Of a stretch of 25,603 bases of DNA, positions 7,676 through 17,120 are shown one piece after another. Position 1 is the stretch's first letter. Each line of letters starts with the position of its first letter. The DNA is taken from IMG/VR virus record IMGVR_UViG_3300022857_000586, positions 1-25,603 of that record; one strand, given 5' to 3'. The stretch is from a virus. Its lineage: Duplodnaviria > Caudoviricetes. Both the position numbers and the translations under genes were made by a program. The notes under the pieces were generated by a model that searched no databases, was not told the DNA's origin, and worked only from the letters and a program-made list of their open reading frames with translations.

Positions 7676-10600
7676 TTAGGATAGATAATCCAGTCCCTTA
7701 AACAAATGATAAGACAACATAGTTTCCAAAATACCCTGATCACCTAACCATTTAGGACCAACCGATGATAATACGGGTGATATATTGGTGTTGGGATTAT
7801 TCCAGTCTATAATATTACTAGTATAACTTTGATTTTTCCAACAATCAATTGCCGGAAAAAATTCGTAACTACCCCTCCAATAATCGGCATCTAGTCCTAT
7901 GGATGTTGCTAATAATTGGATGCTATAAACAGTGTCACCATATATCGGACCAGTTGGTAATACGCGATACTGATTTAGGGGTTTAGTTTTGAGAATCATC
8001 AAGTCACCCGCAGTAACCATATAAGTTGTCGTGTTGATGGGATCTGAATTTCTAATCAATTTTGGAATATCCAATTCTAGATCTGTTAGAGATCCCCATA
8101 AAATGCTTTCATTGATGCTTGCCAAATCAATCAATCTTTTGATATTGCTTGGATAATTCAATCGAAAATCATCTGTGTTAATATCGACCAAACCGGAAAG
8201 ATCATATAAAGAATCTACGTTGCATGTATCAATATCAGTTTTGTTGTATAAGAAATTTGCAATTCGTTCGTAAGAATTTAGCCCCAGTCCATCTAGATCA
8301 TCGGATTTACCAAATATACTAGTTAAGAAATCGTCGAATAAAAATTCGCCATTGTTCAACGTAGGGATGAATGCCATAGATTTCATATAGCCAGCCATAT
8401 CAAAATCTTCATTGATTTTAAAAACCGAATATGGATTATCGTTATAATAATTTAATGATATAGATTCTCCAGCAACCTTGACGGATGATGTGCTGTTAAA
8501 ATATGACAATTTCTCTGCACCATATTTATTGATCCATCTAAACCCAGACCAGTCACCCTGAGCTTGTAAAGATTTGCCAATAGGGTTGTATTCGGTGTAG
8601 GTTGGTCCGAAGGACTCTCCAATATAATAACCCATACCTTGGGGGTTTATGGTGAATCTATCCTTATATTCAGAAGTTATTTGGTCTAAGACATATATTT
8701 GATTTTCGATGCTATTAATAACGTATACAAATCCACGATAATCTGTACAAATACCGTTAAATACCGTGTCGTCGGTATTTTTATTTTTATCGAACCAATA
8801 ATCAGGAGTATATGGATATACATCACGAGAAGAAAGATTTATAACCGTGAAGGATGAGTTTTGATTATCAATTTTACCCACTTTATCATAATCGAAAGTA
8901 AACCAAAAATTCTGTTGAGCATCGATAGTTGCGTGGTTGGGTTGTCGGATTCCTCCAAAAGAACTTAAAAGAGTCCCGTTAGAATTTCTCTTTTCAACTT
9001 TTCCAAAATCTCCCCAAATTAAGTCACTGTGCAATGTCCAAACGTTATCATATTTATCGCAAACAACTTCTTGTGGACATGCGCAAGTTGGAAAGCTGAT
9101 TGTGTTTAGCAATGCGCCCAGTTTAGAATATTTGATAAGGAATCCACTAGCAAAATACGAATAGGTAACCCATACATTATCATCAAAATCACTATCGATT
9201 CCGGTAGGCTCTATGAAATTATTATCGCCCGACTCATTAGGGGATGAATTGTTCACTTGTGTATCGGAAAACCAAATCGGATTGATGTTAGGAGGTATGG
9301 CATAGCCAGTTTGTGATAATGGGGTTACGGCGAATAGAAAGTTTCCTATACTGTCAAATTTTAAGGTAGAAACTGTATCGTATAAAGTAACCCATATATT
9401 TTTATCGCTATCCAGAACCATAGATGCTGGTGATACTTGTTTATCGACCAACCACCCAAGATTGTTTTTTGATACGACATCGTTTAGGTTGATAGAGCAC
9501 AACATGTCCCCATGTGTAGAGTATTTGTAGATGTAATTTTTCTCAGAATCTGCCGCCCAAACATGATAATCAGGGAATGGGGTCACTGCCATGCTATAAA
9601 CGCCGTGGAAGCCTGTTACGGCCATAGAAAGGTTAGTATAATCAGATGATTCGACTACTGGTATGTCAAACGCGAACGTCTGTGCCTTATTCATGTTTAA
9701 CCCAGATACAGCCGATAGGTTAGCCTGATAGAAATATTGAGCGGTGTGTAATGTTTTTGATTCTGGATTGGAAACCCATAAAATAGGATATACATATAAA
9801 CTACTCAATGTAGGTATTGGAATATCTGCTGATGCCGTGATGAAACAATTTGTTCCTGATAATGAATTAGTATCAAATTGTCCTTTATAATAACCCGGAA
9901 TTTTATACCTAGTGGCATCATATAAATTTAAACTAGTATCGGATGGTGTAAAGACTGTATTGATATTAGAAACTTGAACAATTATAGGAATTTTTATATC
10001 AATAATCGGAATATCTTTGATAAAATATTCCAGTGGTCGATATAATTGAGATGCACCATTTCCATCAATCCACTCATCGGTGAAATCCTTAGATGGTATA
10101 GAATTAACAATTACCGGGGTATGAACATCAACCCATTTTGGGTTGACATGGTAAGATATTCCATTCTCGGTAATTTTAAGTTTTTCCGGAGGCCGTGGTT
10201 GAATGTTGTATGGGAATATCGCAACACTATTACTATTTGAATACCCATAAACAGACAATCCGGTTTTTACATAATCATCCTTGGTAGGAACTTTATCAGA
10301 TCGAAGTGTGGCTATAAGAGTTGTGAACTGATCCTTTGCTATAGACAAATCAAAATTGTATATATCATCAATAAAGTAAAATTCTGCCGATCCAGAAACA
10401 CCAACAACCGTACCATCAGAAACTTGGTTACCATAATCATCAATTTTTAAAATTGTGTCGGTTGTTTTAATGCTATCTATGATGTTTCCAGCAAGATCTA
10501 AAAATCTCCATTCTGGTCGTAAAAACCCCCACTTAGATTCTATCTCTTGATGTTTGTATGATCTAGAAAACATTGTTGACAGATCGATAAAATGATCTTC

Positions 10601-10948
10601 CGTGGTTTTTGATGTAATGTTGATTTTGAAAGGATATCGGTTATAATGACCAGCGAATGCTGGTGGTGGAACAAAATCAAACCGGATAGACTCATCTATA
10701 TATGGGTTGATTTGGATTGTTTTTGTTGCCGATACGATTCCTGTATTAGTATATACAAAAACTATCGGGTTATAAACTCCCTCATGTTGATATCTATGAC
10801 TCGCCGAAAATCCTGTGAACCATTTACCATCATCAAAAATATAATTGACGGATAATACAGCACTCAAAGGAGTAGGAGATACGGAGAAGAAAAATTCGGT
10901 TGCCTTCTCATAACCCCTTACTTTGTCTATATTGAAATTAATATCCAT
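7676..10948 (-). CDS. Baseplate wedge-associated protein (1090 aa): N-terminal PKD-like domain, beta-propeller, C-terminal gp7/P2 gpI-like region
   Basis: Starts 3 nt after the gp6 stop. PKD-like YIFDDG...SHRYQHEGVYNP; propeller blades PASMVLDSDKNIWVT, PTGIDSDFDDNVWVT, PQEVVCDKYDNVWT, PNHATIDAQQNFWFT, FNGICTDYRGFVYVIN. The C-terminal TDIDTCNVDSLYDLSGLV resembles the gpI/gp7 wedge motif (inference). Confidence 0.65.
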   Translation of the reverse strand: MDINFNIDKVRGYEKATEFFFSVSPTPLSAVLSVNYIFDDGKWFTGFSASHRYQHEGVYNPIVFVYTNTGIVSATKTIQINPYIDESIRFDFVPPPAFAGHYNRYPFKINITSKTTEDHFIDLSTMFSRSYKHQEIESKWGFLRPEWRFLDLAGNIIDSIKTTDTILKIDDYGNQVSDGTVVGVSGSAEFYFIDDIYNFDLSIAKDQFTTLIATLRSDKVPTKDDYVKTGLSVYGYSNSNSVAIFPYNIQPRPPEKLKITENGISYHVNPKWVDVHTPVIVNSIPSKDFTDEWIDGNGASQLYRPLEYFIKDIPIIDIKIPIIVQVSNINTVFTPSDTSLNLYDATRYKIPGYYKGQFDTNSLSGTNCFITASADIPIPTLSSLYVYPILWVSNPESKTLHTAQYFYQANLSAVSGLNMNKAQTFAFDIPVVESSDYTNLSMAVTGFHGVYSMAVTPFPDYHVWAADSEKNYIYKYSTHGDMLCSINLNDVVSKNNLGWLVDKQVSPASMVLDSDKNIWVTLYDTVSTLKFDSIGNFLFAVTPLSQTGYAIPPNINPIWFSDTQVNNSSPNESGDNNFIEPTGIDSDFDDNVWVTYSYFASGFLIKYSKLGALLNTISFPTCACPQEVVCDKYDNVWTLHSDLIWGDFGKVEKRNSNGTLLSSFGGIRQPNHATIDAQQNFWFTFDYDKVGKIDNQNSSFTVINLSSRDVYPYTPDYWFDKNKNTDDTVFNGICTDYRGFVYVINSIENQIYVLDQITSEYKDRFTINPQGMGYYIGESFGPTYTEYNPIGKSLQAQGDWSGFRWINKYGAEKLSYFNSTSSVKVAGESISLNYYNDNPYSVFKINEDFDMAGYMKSMAFIPTLNNGEFLFDDFLTSIFGKSDDLDGLGLNSYERIANFLYNKTDIDTCNVDSLYDLSGLVDINTDDFRLNYPSNIKRLIDLASINESILWGSLTDLELDIPKLIRNSDPINTTTYMVTAGDLMILKTKPLNQYRVLPTGPIYGDTVYSIQLLATSIGLDADYWRGSYEFFPAIDCWKNQSYTSNIIDWNNPNTNISPVLSSVGPKWLGDQGILETMLSYHLFKGLDYLS

Positions 10949-10951
10949 CGA

Positions 10952-12739
10952 TTAAAATTCAGATGATTTAATGAATCCGGTATTTTCAACAACATTAATA
11001 CGATCTGATATATTATCAATATCATTAAAAATAGGAAATTGGAATAATTCCAAGTTTACATTTTGACTATAAGTTTTGGCATCTAATTCTGGGTATACAG
11101 AATTCCATATCATAAATGATATACCGTCAATTTGAACATCGGAGTCGGTTCTGGTTGTTTTGATAGATTCAACACCATCTATATTTAAAAGAGTTGAATT
11201 TAATTCGTATATATTTATTTTCTGACCCAAAGTGTTTCCAGAGCGAGAAAAAAATGTTTTAAAGGTTTTTACAATGTCTGATTGAATAGCAGATGATGCT
11301 CGTCGTGTGTTATTTTTTTTATATACATATATCTTAGTATTGCCTAAATCGGTTACAGATGTTTTGGTTGTCGGTAGATAAAAATCAATATACATGTATA
11401 CCGGATCGGCTGGAACAACGTTAGATGTTAAAATTTTAATACCATCCAAAGAATTTAATATAATAGATTTCTGACTGGTTGTTAAATATTCCAGATTTGT
11501 ATTTTTAGGAACCATATAAATATATACATTGTTGAAATTACAACTTGTTGCAAAGTTTATTTGGTTATATAAAATCGATTTTTCTAACTGTGGAGTATCT
11601 AACCCAATATCGTATAGATATTTGATATGCGATTCTAAATATTCGTTATTATTCAACACTTGCAAATCTGTTAAAATGTTAGAAAAATTATTCCTAATAT
11701 ATGTGTCGAAATCGGAGGAAGTGACTAATCTGTTTTGGGTTCTGAACACTTTTGGGGCATTTTTTCTAATACTGTCAACACTTTCTTCTTCGGTGTAATC
11801 GGATGATGTGAATTCATTATCCAATATCACATATCTCAAAGAATCGTTAGATAGATATGTCCCAAAATTAGTTTTTGTGTCATCGAGCACATTAGAAAAA
11901 CTATTTGTGTTGTATGCAATTAAATAACTATCCAACAAAGAGTTCGGTCCGATGTTGCTAGAGTTTATATTTATTTTAAGATACACGATATACACCAAAT
12001 CATTAGTGTTAATCCTTTTTCCGTTGATGTCATCGCCAAATTTGATTTCGTAATTTTTATTTTGATTATATCGAACTTCGTAACATTTATCCGAAGTTGT
12101 TTTGGTAAATAATTCATTAACTCTTTCCCACTTGCTCCAGTTTGTTGAGTTTTCAGGTTTTACATAAACATCTATACCAAAATGATCTACGGCATTATCA
12201 TTTGTTGAAATATAAACAACCTCGTTATCAACTCCGGTTGCTGTATATATCGGATATTCCGTGTAAAGTCCTTGTTTTAATACATGTTTATTATCTAAAT
12301 CAGTTATGGATTCTTCGCCATTTAATACCTTTGTGAATGACACATCTTCCGTGAAAGAAAATGGTGTATTACCTACTAACATGTAGGTGTATCTAGGAAT
12401 TGTGTAATTTCCACTATTTAAAGTGTTAGTTGTTATTTTTATAGGAGCACTTTGTCCAACCTTTCCGATTGGTTTATAGTTCAACACTTTTATAATTCTG
12501 TTCATGTTTTCATATAACTGTGCTTCTGAAAACATACTCTCGGATGAGGTTTTGTTTAGGTAATATAAAAGTGTTGAATATGAATATGAAATCACATCAA
12601 TCAGTGCAGAAAGATTGGACCCTTGATAATTTTGATCGGTAAATACACCGTCTTTATTCAATCTATCAACTATAACATCTCTAAGACTCGTACCATCAAA
12701 TGTTAAATATGAATTTTTGTTTAATAAATTATCAGCCAT
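10952..12739 (-). CDS. gp6: Baseplate wedge subunit, T4 gp6-like
   Basis: FTDQNYQGSNLSALIDVISY...ESMFSEAQL...LNYKP; YEIKFGDDINGKR; EESVDSIRKNAPKVFRTQNRLVTSSDF. Directly follows gp25. Confidence 0.92.
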   Translation of the reverse strand: MADNLLNKNSYLTFDGTSLRDVIVDRLNKDGVFTDQNYQGSNLSALIDVISYSYSTLLYYLNKTSSESMFSEAQLYENMNRIIKVLNYKPIGKVGQSAPIKITTNTLNSGNYTIPRYTYMLVGNTPFSFTEDVSFTKVLNGEESITDLDNKHVLKQGLYTEYPIYTATGVDNEVVYISTNDNAVDHFGIDVYVKPENSTNWSKWERVNELFTKTTSDKCYEVRYNQNKNYEIKFGDDINGKRINTNDLVYIVYLKININSSNIGPNSLLDSYLIAYNTNSFSNVLDDTKTNFGTYLSNDSLRYVILDNEFTSSDYTEEESVDSIRKNAPKVFRTQNRLVTSSDFDTYIRNNFSNILTDLQVLNNNEYLESHIKYLYDIGLDTPQLEKSILYNQINFATSCNFNNVYIYMVPKNTNLEYLTTSQKSIILNSLDGIKILTSNVVPADPVYMYIDFYLPTTKTSVTDLGNTKIYVYKKNNTRRASSAIQSDIVKTFKTFFSRSGNTLGQKINIYELNSTLLNIDGVESIKTTRTDSDVQIDGISFMIWNSVYPELDAKTYSQNVNLELFQFPIFNDIDNISDRINVVENTGFIKSSEF

Positions 12740-12740
12740 A

Positions 12741-12750
12741 TAAATATTTA
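12741..12750 (-). promoter_or_regulatory. Late promoter box TAAATA within the palindrome TAAATATTTA
   Basis: GGTAAATA-tttat-ATG(12739). Confidence 0.6.
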
Positions 12751-12753
12751 CCC

Positions 12754-13260
12754 TTAGACAATAATTTGTCCGTTATTAGTTACCGATAAATTCACCACAT
12801 GTTTAGTTTTAAGTTTTAAAAAGCGGTAGTGGACCAGTATATCATAACGATTATCATCTGGTTTTGGTCTAACTTGCACCTTGTCAACCCCAATACGAGG
12901 TTCGAACATCTGTAAATTTGTGAGGATCGTATTTCCTATTACATTAGCAACAAAATCATCAACACGTTCAAATAAAAACTGATCTAGTGACGACCCAAAC
13001 TCGGGAGTTAGCAATTTTTGACCTTTTCGAGTATTAAATATATTTCTAATTGAGTTTTTAATGGCGTCATAATCGTTATCAACCTTTATATCACCAGAAG
13101 ATTTTGGATGTGCGCCCATACCAACATTTTTTTGTAGTTCTAAATCTAGATGAATATCTGTGTATACGTGGGCGTCTTTAGTGGTCCCAGTAATTACAGT
13201 TTCTCTGGTTTTATTGACCTCTCTAGGCTTTGTAATTGTGTTTAATCGAATTGTTGCCAT
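12754..13260 (-). CDS. gp25: Baseplate wedge / sheath initiator, T4 gp25-like
   Basis: DYDAIKNSIRNIFNTRKGQKLLTPEFGSSLDQFLFE...FEPRI. Start moved to ATG 13260 (MATIRLN) because the TAAATA box lies at 13272-13277, inside the longer ORF call. Confidence 0.9.
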   Translation of the reverse strand: MATIRLNTITKPREVNKTRETVITGTTKDAHVYTDIHLDLELQKNVGMGAHPKSSGDIKVDNDYDAIKNSIRNIFNTRKGQKLLTPEFGSSLDQFLFERVDDFVANVIGNTILTNLQMFEPRIGVDKVQVRPKPDDNRYDILVHYRFLKLKTKHVVNLSVTNNGQIIV

Positions 13261-13267
13261 GCTTGTA

Positions 13268-13277
13268 TAAGTATTTA
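13268..13277. promoter_or_regulatory. Overlapping divergent late promoter boxes (TAAGTA on +, TAAATA on -)
   Basis: TATAAGTATTTATT lies in the 27-nt gap between divergent ATGs at 13260 (-) and 13288 (+). Confidence 0.7.
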
Positions 13278-13287
13278 TTACAAACAT

Positions 13288-13860
13288 ATGATTAATAAGT
13301 TCAATAAATTTAATTCGGTTTACGAATCGGCTTTGGGGAAAATCGTCAAAGAAGAAAACGCCATAGATTCGAAAGTTTATTCGAATGGGTTGAAAATCGG
13401 TTCTAATATCCGTCTAAAACCTAGTTTTTTCTCAAAATCTGAAAGTATCGAGAATATCCCATCCGAACAGTTGGATAGATTAAAGGTTTTAAACAATACA
13501 AAGTTTGAAAAAGGTGTTCAGCATTTTTTCAAAGTCCGAACAGATAATAGAACCACTGTTGGTCCTAATGTTAAAAGCGCGAACGATCTAAACTCTAATA
13601 ACAAGGAATTTGGTGTTATTTCGGTTGCTTATAAAGATGATCCATCATATAAATTTATGCTTTCGGGTAACGATCTTCGTCATATCGAAATTATCGATTT
13701 TGGAAACGATCTTCCGCCGATATTGAGTCCTGAAAATCCTTATTCTTACCCAGACTCTGAAAGAGGGAAACCAACCCCTGTAAATGATACTCAATTTGTT
13801 GGTCTAGGAAATTCTCCGACGACTCGATCTCTGCCTACTAAGAACACCAAGCTCCGATAA
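13288..13860 (+). CDS. Hypothetical late protein (190 aa)
   Basis: Fills the gap between gp25 and gp44 exactly; own TATAAGTA box; no recognisable domain. Confidence 0.8.
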   Translation: MINKFNKFNSVYESALGKIVKEENAIDSKVYSNGLKIGSNIRLKPSFFSKSESIENIPSEQLDRLKVLNNTKFEKGVQHFFKVRTDNRTTVGPNVKSANDLNSNNKEFGVISVAYKDDPSYKFMLSGNDLRHIEIIDFGNDLPPILSPENPYSYPDSERGKPTPVNDTQFVGLGNSPTTRSLPTKNTKLR

Positions 13861-13862
13861 GA

Positions 13863-14789
13863 TCATTTCAAAATTTTCTCTGCACTGATAAGAAAGCAGT
13901 AAAAGTTGATTTCATGGTCAATTACGAAATTGTCTCGATAGGTAAACTCACCCAATTCCAATAATAGTTCTTTTTTCTTGGCATCTGCGATGGGATCATC
14001 GTAAATGATGTTAAAAAGAGATTTATATAGGTTTTGATAATCCGAATTAAACTCAGATTCGCCTTGGATTATGCATTTTCGGAGTTTTAACACACTATCA
14101 CATGTTTTGAGTTGTGTCCATAGAATTTTTGTAAAATTATCGGCTATATCTCCTTTTACCAGAACCAATTTTCCTGTCACTGATGACATTTGAAGATCGT
14201 TGATGGTTCTTCGCATATCGGGGAATCTATCCTTGACAAAATTGATCAGTTCCGGTAGATTATCACCAATATCGATGTTTTCCTCTTTTAATATCTTAAT
14301 ACATCGTTGAATACACCCCTTTAAATCTGGTTTTAGATTGAAAATGATGCATCTGGACCTGATGGGTTCGATGATTTTTGAAAATTGGTTTGCGGTGAGG
14401 ATAAAACGAGTCGTTTCATTATATTCCTCCATCACACTTCGAAGTCCTCGCATCGCTGTTGGTGACATACCATCACATTCGTCGAGTAAAATCACTTTTC
14501 TTTGTCCATCAAATGACCTCGTTTGAGCAAATGTCATAACCTTAGTCCGAATGGCATCAATACCACTCTCATCACTAGCATTGATATATAGCGATTGGCA
14601 TCCCAAAACTGCCTTTATGAGCACTTTGGCTGTTGTAGTCTTTCCTATCCCCGCTCTACCATGAAAAAGCAAATGTGGGATATCCGTGGATAGTCTTTCT
14701 AGATGGGTTCTAACATCATCAGTCAGAACAATTTCATCAATTTTAGTCGGTCTCCACTTTTCAACCCAAAGTTTATCATAATGATTCAT
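13863..14789 (-). CDS. gp44: Clamp loader AAA+ ATPase subunit (T4 gp44 / RFC small subunit family)
   Basis: LWVEKWRP, Walker A GRAGIGKTT, INASDESGID, Walker B LLDECD, SRC arginine-finger motif, PDMRRTINDLQ. Confidence 0.95.
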   Translation of the reverse strand: MNHYDKLWVEKWRPTKIDEIVLTDDVRTHLERLSTDIPHLLFHGRAGIGKTTTAKVLIKAVLGCQSLYINASDESGIDAIRTKVMTFAQTRSFDGQRKVILLDECDGMSPTAMRGLRSVMEEYNETTRFILTANQFSKIIEPIRSRCIIFNLKPDLKGCIQRCIKILKEENIDIGDNLPELINFVKDRFPDMRRTINDLQMSSVTGKLVLVKGDIADNFTKILWTQLKTCDSVLKLRKCIIQGESEFNSDYQNLYKSLFNIIYDDPIADAKKKELLLELGEFTYRDNFVIDHEINFYCFLISAEKILK

Positions 14790-14795
14790 TGGATG

Positions 14796-14823
14796 AATGT
14801 ATCATATATTAACCATTTATCAA
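14796..14823 (-). promoter_or_regulatory. Putative sigma70-type promoter for the clamp loader gene
   Basis: TTGATA-16 nt-TACATT with an extended -10 TG, 6 nt before ATG 14789; this gene has no TAAnTA box. Confidence 0.5.
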
Positions 14824-14973
14824 GTCTTTTCCCGCAAATTGTGGGGGAACCATGTTTTGCTCATTTGTCTGTGTTCTAACACCGCTATTTTGAGCCAACC
14901 AATTTAAAAGAGATTGAACATGTTCTGTAGATATCTGATATTGGCCGTAGCCTTGTATAATTACCGTTGTCAT
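14809..14973 (-). CDS. Small hypothetical protein (54 aa, MTTVIIQG...GKDLING)
   Basis: TAAATA at 14982-14987 lies 8 nt before ATG 14973; the ORF fills the intergenic gap. Confidence 0.65.
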   Translation of the reverse strand: MTTVIIQGYGQYQISTEHVQSLLNWLAQNSGVRTQTNEQNMVPPQFAGKDLING

Positions 14974-15060
14974 ATTAAAACTATTTATCAACTATTTTCA
15001 AATATCAATAAAATATATCTAAAGGTGATAAATGTATAGTATAAGATAAATATTTAATAT

Positions 15061-15549
15061 ATGCAAGAAAATTCCGAAATTGATGATATTGTAGCTGAAT
15101 TAAAGGCTGGTGCTGCCCCTTCGCATGAGTTTCCTACAAAAATTACAATACCCGAATTAACCGATGAGAATGTTGGTGTGTATATTTACACCAGATCCGC
15201 CGAAATGATCGAATTAGGTATGGCATCGATACGAAGTATGCAGACATTGATAGCCACAGCAGCAGATCCTAAAGAAATTAGCGCATATGCTCAACTTATA
15301 TCAACCATTTCCAAATCGATAGATAATTTAAATAAGATTTATCTGCAAGAGAAACAATCTAAAAACAACATCGAGATGAAAAAAATTGAAGCAGAAGGTC
15401 GTAACAAGAACCCACTTCTTGGAAATTCGGTGGGTCAACAAAACAACCAAATATTTGTAGGTTCTAGAGACGATGCGATAAAAATGATGAACGGTCCTAA
15501 AAAAATCGAGTTAGAAGATAATGATATTATCGAAGCTAATGTTGGATAA
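15061..15549 (+). CDS. gp16: Terminase small subunit, T4 gp16-like
   Basis: 162 aa; helical core YIYTRSAEMIELGMASI...DPKEISAYAQLISTISKSIDNL and C-terminal NNQIFVGSRDDAIKMM match the gp16 pattern (xPRAYEV...NNxxFVGST). TAAATA 8 nt upstream. Confidence 0.75.
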   Translation: MQENSEIDDIVAELKAGAAPSHEFPTKITIPELTDENVGVYIYTRSAEMIELGMASIRSMQTLIATAADPKEISAYAQLISTISKSIDNLNKIYLQEKQSKNNIEMKKIEAEGRNKNPLLGNSVGQQNNQIFVGSRDDAIKMMNGPKKIELEDNDIIEANVG

Positions 15550-15556
15550 CAATCTT

Positions 15557-17008
15557 TTAAATTGGAAATATTTTCTCGAATTTAAGATGTCCACAATCCC
15601 ATATTCTATCGAGTCCGTTCAATTGCATATTCTCCCATTCGGTTAAAGTTTCATCATATATTTTTAATTTATTTTTGATGATATCTTTTCGATAGCCGTA
15701 TCTATGTTTTCGTTCGTTTCCAATAATATACCAATATCCCGGTAAGGTCGATCCAATAGATTGAAATCCCATATTGATATATACGTTACCTTTAGACCAT
15801 CGCTTATCAGCATAAGTTATGATTTTTTTGGGTGATCTTGTTCTTTCAAAGAATTTTAACATTTTCGATGCGGCACCAATGATTGAGAAATTAGAAACCG
15901 AACAAAATCTTACCAATTCCCATTCATTTTCTGTTTGATTGTAACCGAGAGCTATCCGTTTGGGTGAAAAAGTCATAACCGATACTAAACGATTTTTATA
16001 AAAAAGGCCAATGAATACATTCGATTTATCATTCCCCTGTATATGATATTTTTGTAAAAATTTATTTTTGACATCTTTAGATATTTCCTTAATGATACAT
16101 TTTCTGGCATAAATTTTTCTTGTGAAGTGACCTAAAATATTTTTAAGTCTCGTTTTCACAATTTTTTGTTTATTCACCCATTCATCTTCAAATATATGGA
16201 TTAACCGATAACCTAGATTTTCTGCTAATTTAGATTTTTGATAATGGTAAAATTTGGATTTTTTTCCAGACATTTCCGAGTGCCAATACAAACCATCTAA
16301 TTCAATTGCGATATTCTTATCTGGGATTACAACATCCAATTCCATCGGTTTTATGATTTCTCTATCTTGCTCTATTATATTATGTTCGTATTTTTTTATA
16401 TACTGGATTAATTCGTTTTCGATTATAGACTGTCCCTTAGTTTCGATTTTTGGTAAACATACGAAGCATCTCGGAATTTTTCCATCATCCAAATCACTAG
16501 TAAATTCGTTATTACATATAGAACATTTAAATGGATATTTGTTCTGCACCCCATCGTAATCGGTTATATCAAAAAGGGGAATTATCGATTTTAATCGATC
16601 TGAGTTTTTCAATTTCGTATAAAATTTATCTAACAACTTTCTTTTAATAGTCTCTTTAACATGTGGTCGAGATTTTTTCACCCCTTCCGAAATTTTCTTC
16701 CTAATTTCTATATTTTTTGATGGATTATCGGTTCCATATTTATCAATAAAATTTTCTTTCGTTCTTTGTTGGATTTCTAGATTTTGAGCAGCATATCGAA
16801 CACCATATTTTTTAAGATTCGTTTCTTCCTTTTTAATTTTTATTTCACATGATTTGGATGGATTATCTACACCATAACGTGATATATATGCCATTTTCTT
16901 CTTATCTTGAACTTCTTTGGATCGGTTCGAATGTCCTAAAATATATGTATTTTTGTGATTTTTTAGGGGTTCACCACAACCACATTTACAATATTTATTT
17001 TCGTTCAT
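15557..17008 (-). mobile_element. Free-standing Hef-like homing endonuclease (CxCGC, KYGxxNPS repeats, Zn ribbon, Vsr-like nuclease, C-terminal GNAT-like domain)
   Basis: CKCGCG; RYGVDNPSK/KYGVRYAAQ/KYGTDNPSK; CSIC...CFVC; MELDVVIPDKNIAIELDGLYWHS...LIHIFEDEW; IYARKC...HIQG...WELVRFCS...GAASKML...ITYADKRWSKGNVY...IWDCG. Lys-rich and more AT-rich than gp23. Confidence 0.8.
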
Positions 17009-17054
17009 TTAATATAATTAACACTGTCGGTGTCGTAAATCAAATTTATTTTTT

Positions 17055-17094
17055 AAAATGAGAAAGCCCACTACCTTACGATAGTGGGCTTTCT
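17055..17094 (-). terminator. Rho-independent terminator after the major capsid gene
   Basis: 13-bp inverted repeat AGAAAGCCCACTA (17061-17073) / TAGTGGGCTTTCT (17082-17094), ending in TTTCTCATTTT on the minus strand, 26 nt after the gp23 stop. Confidence 0.9.
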
Positions 17095-17120
17095 GGGACT
17101 TTATTCGTTCTTGTCTAAGC

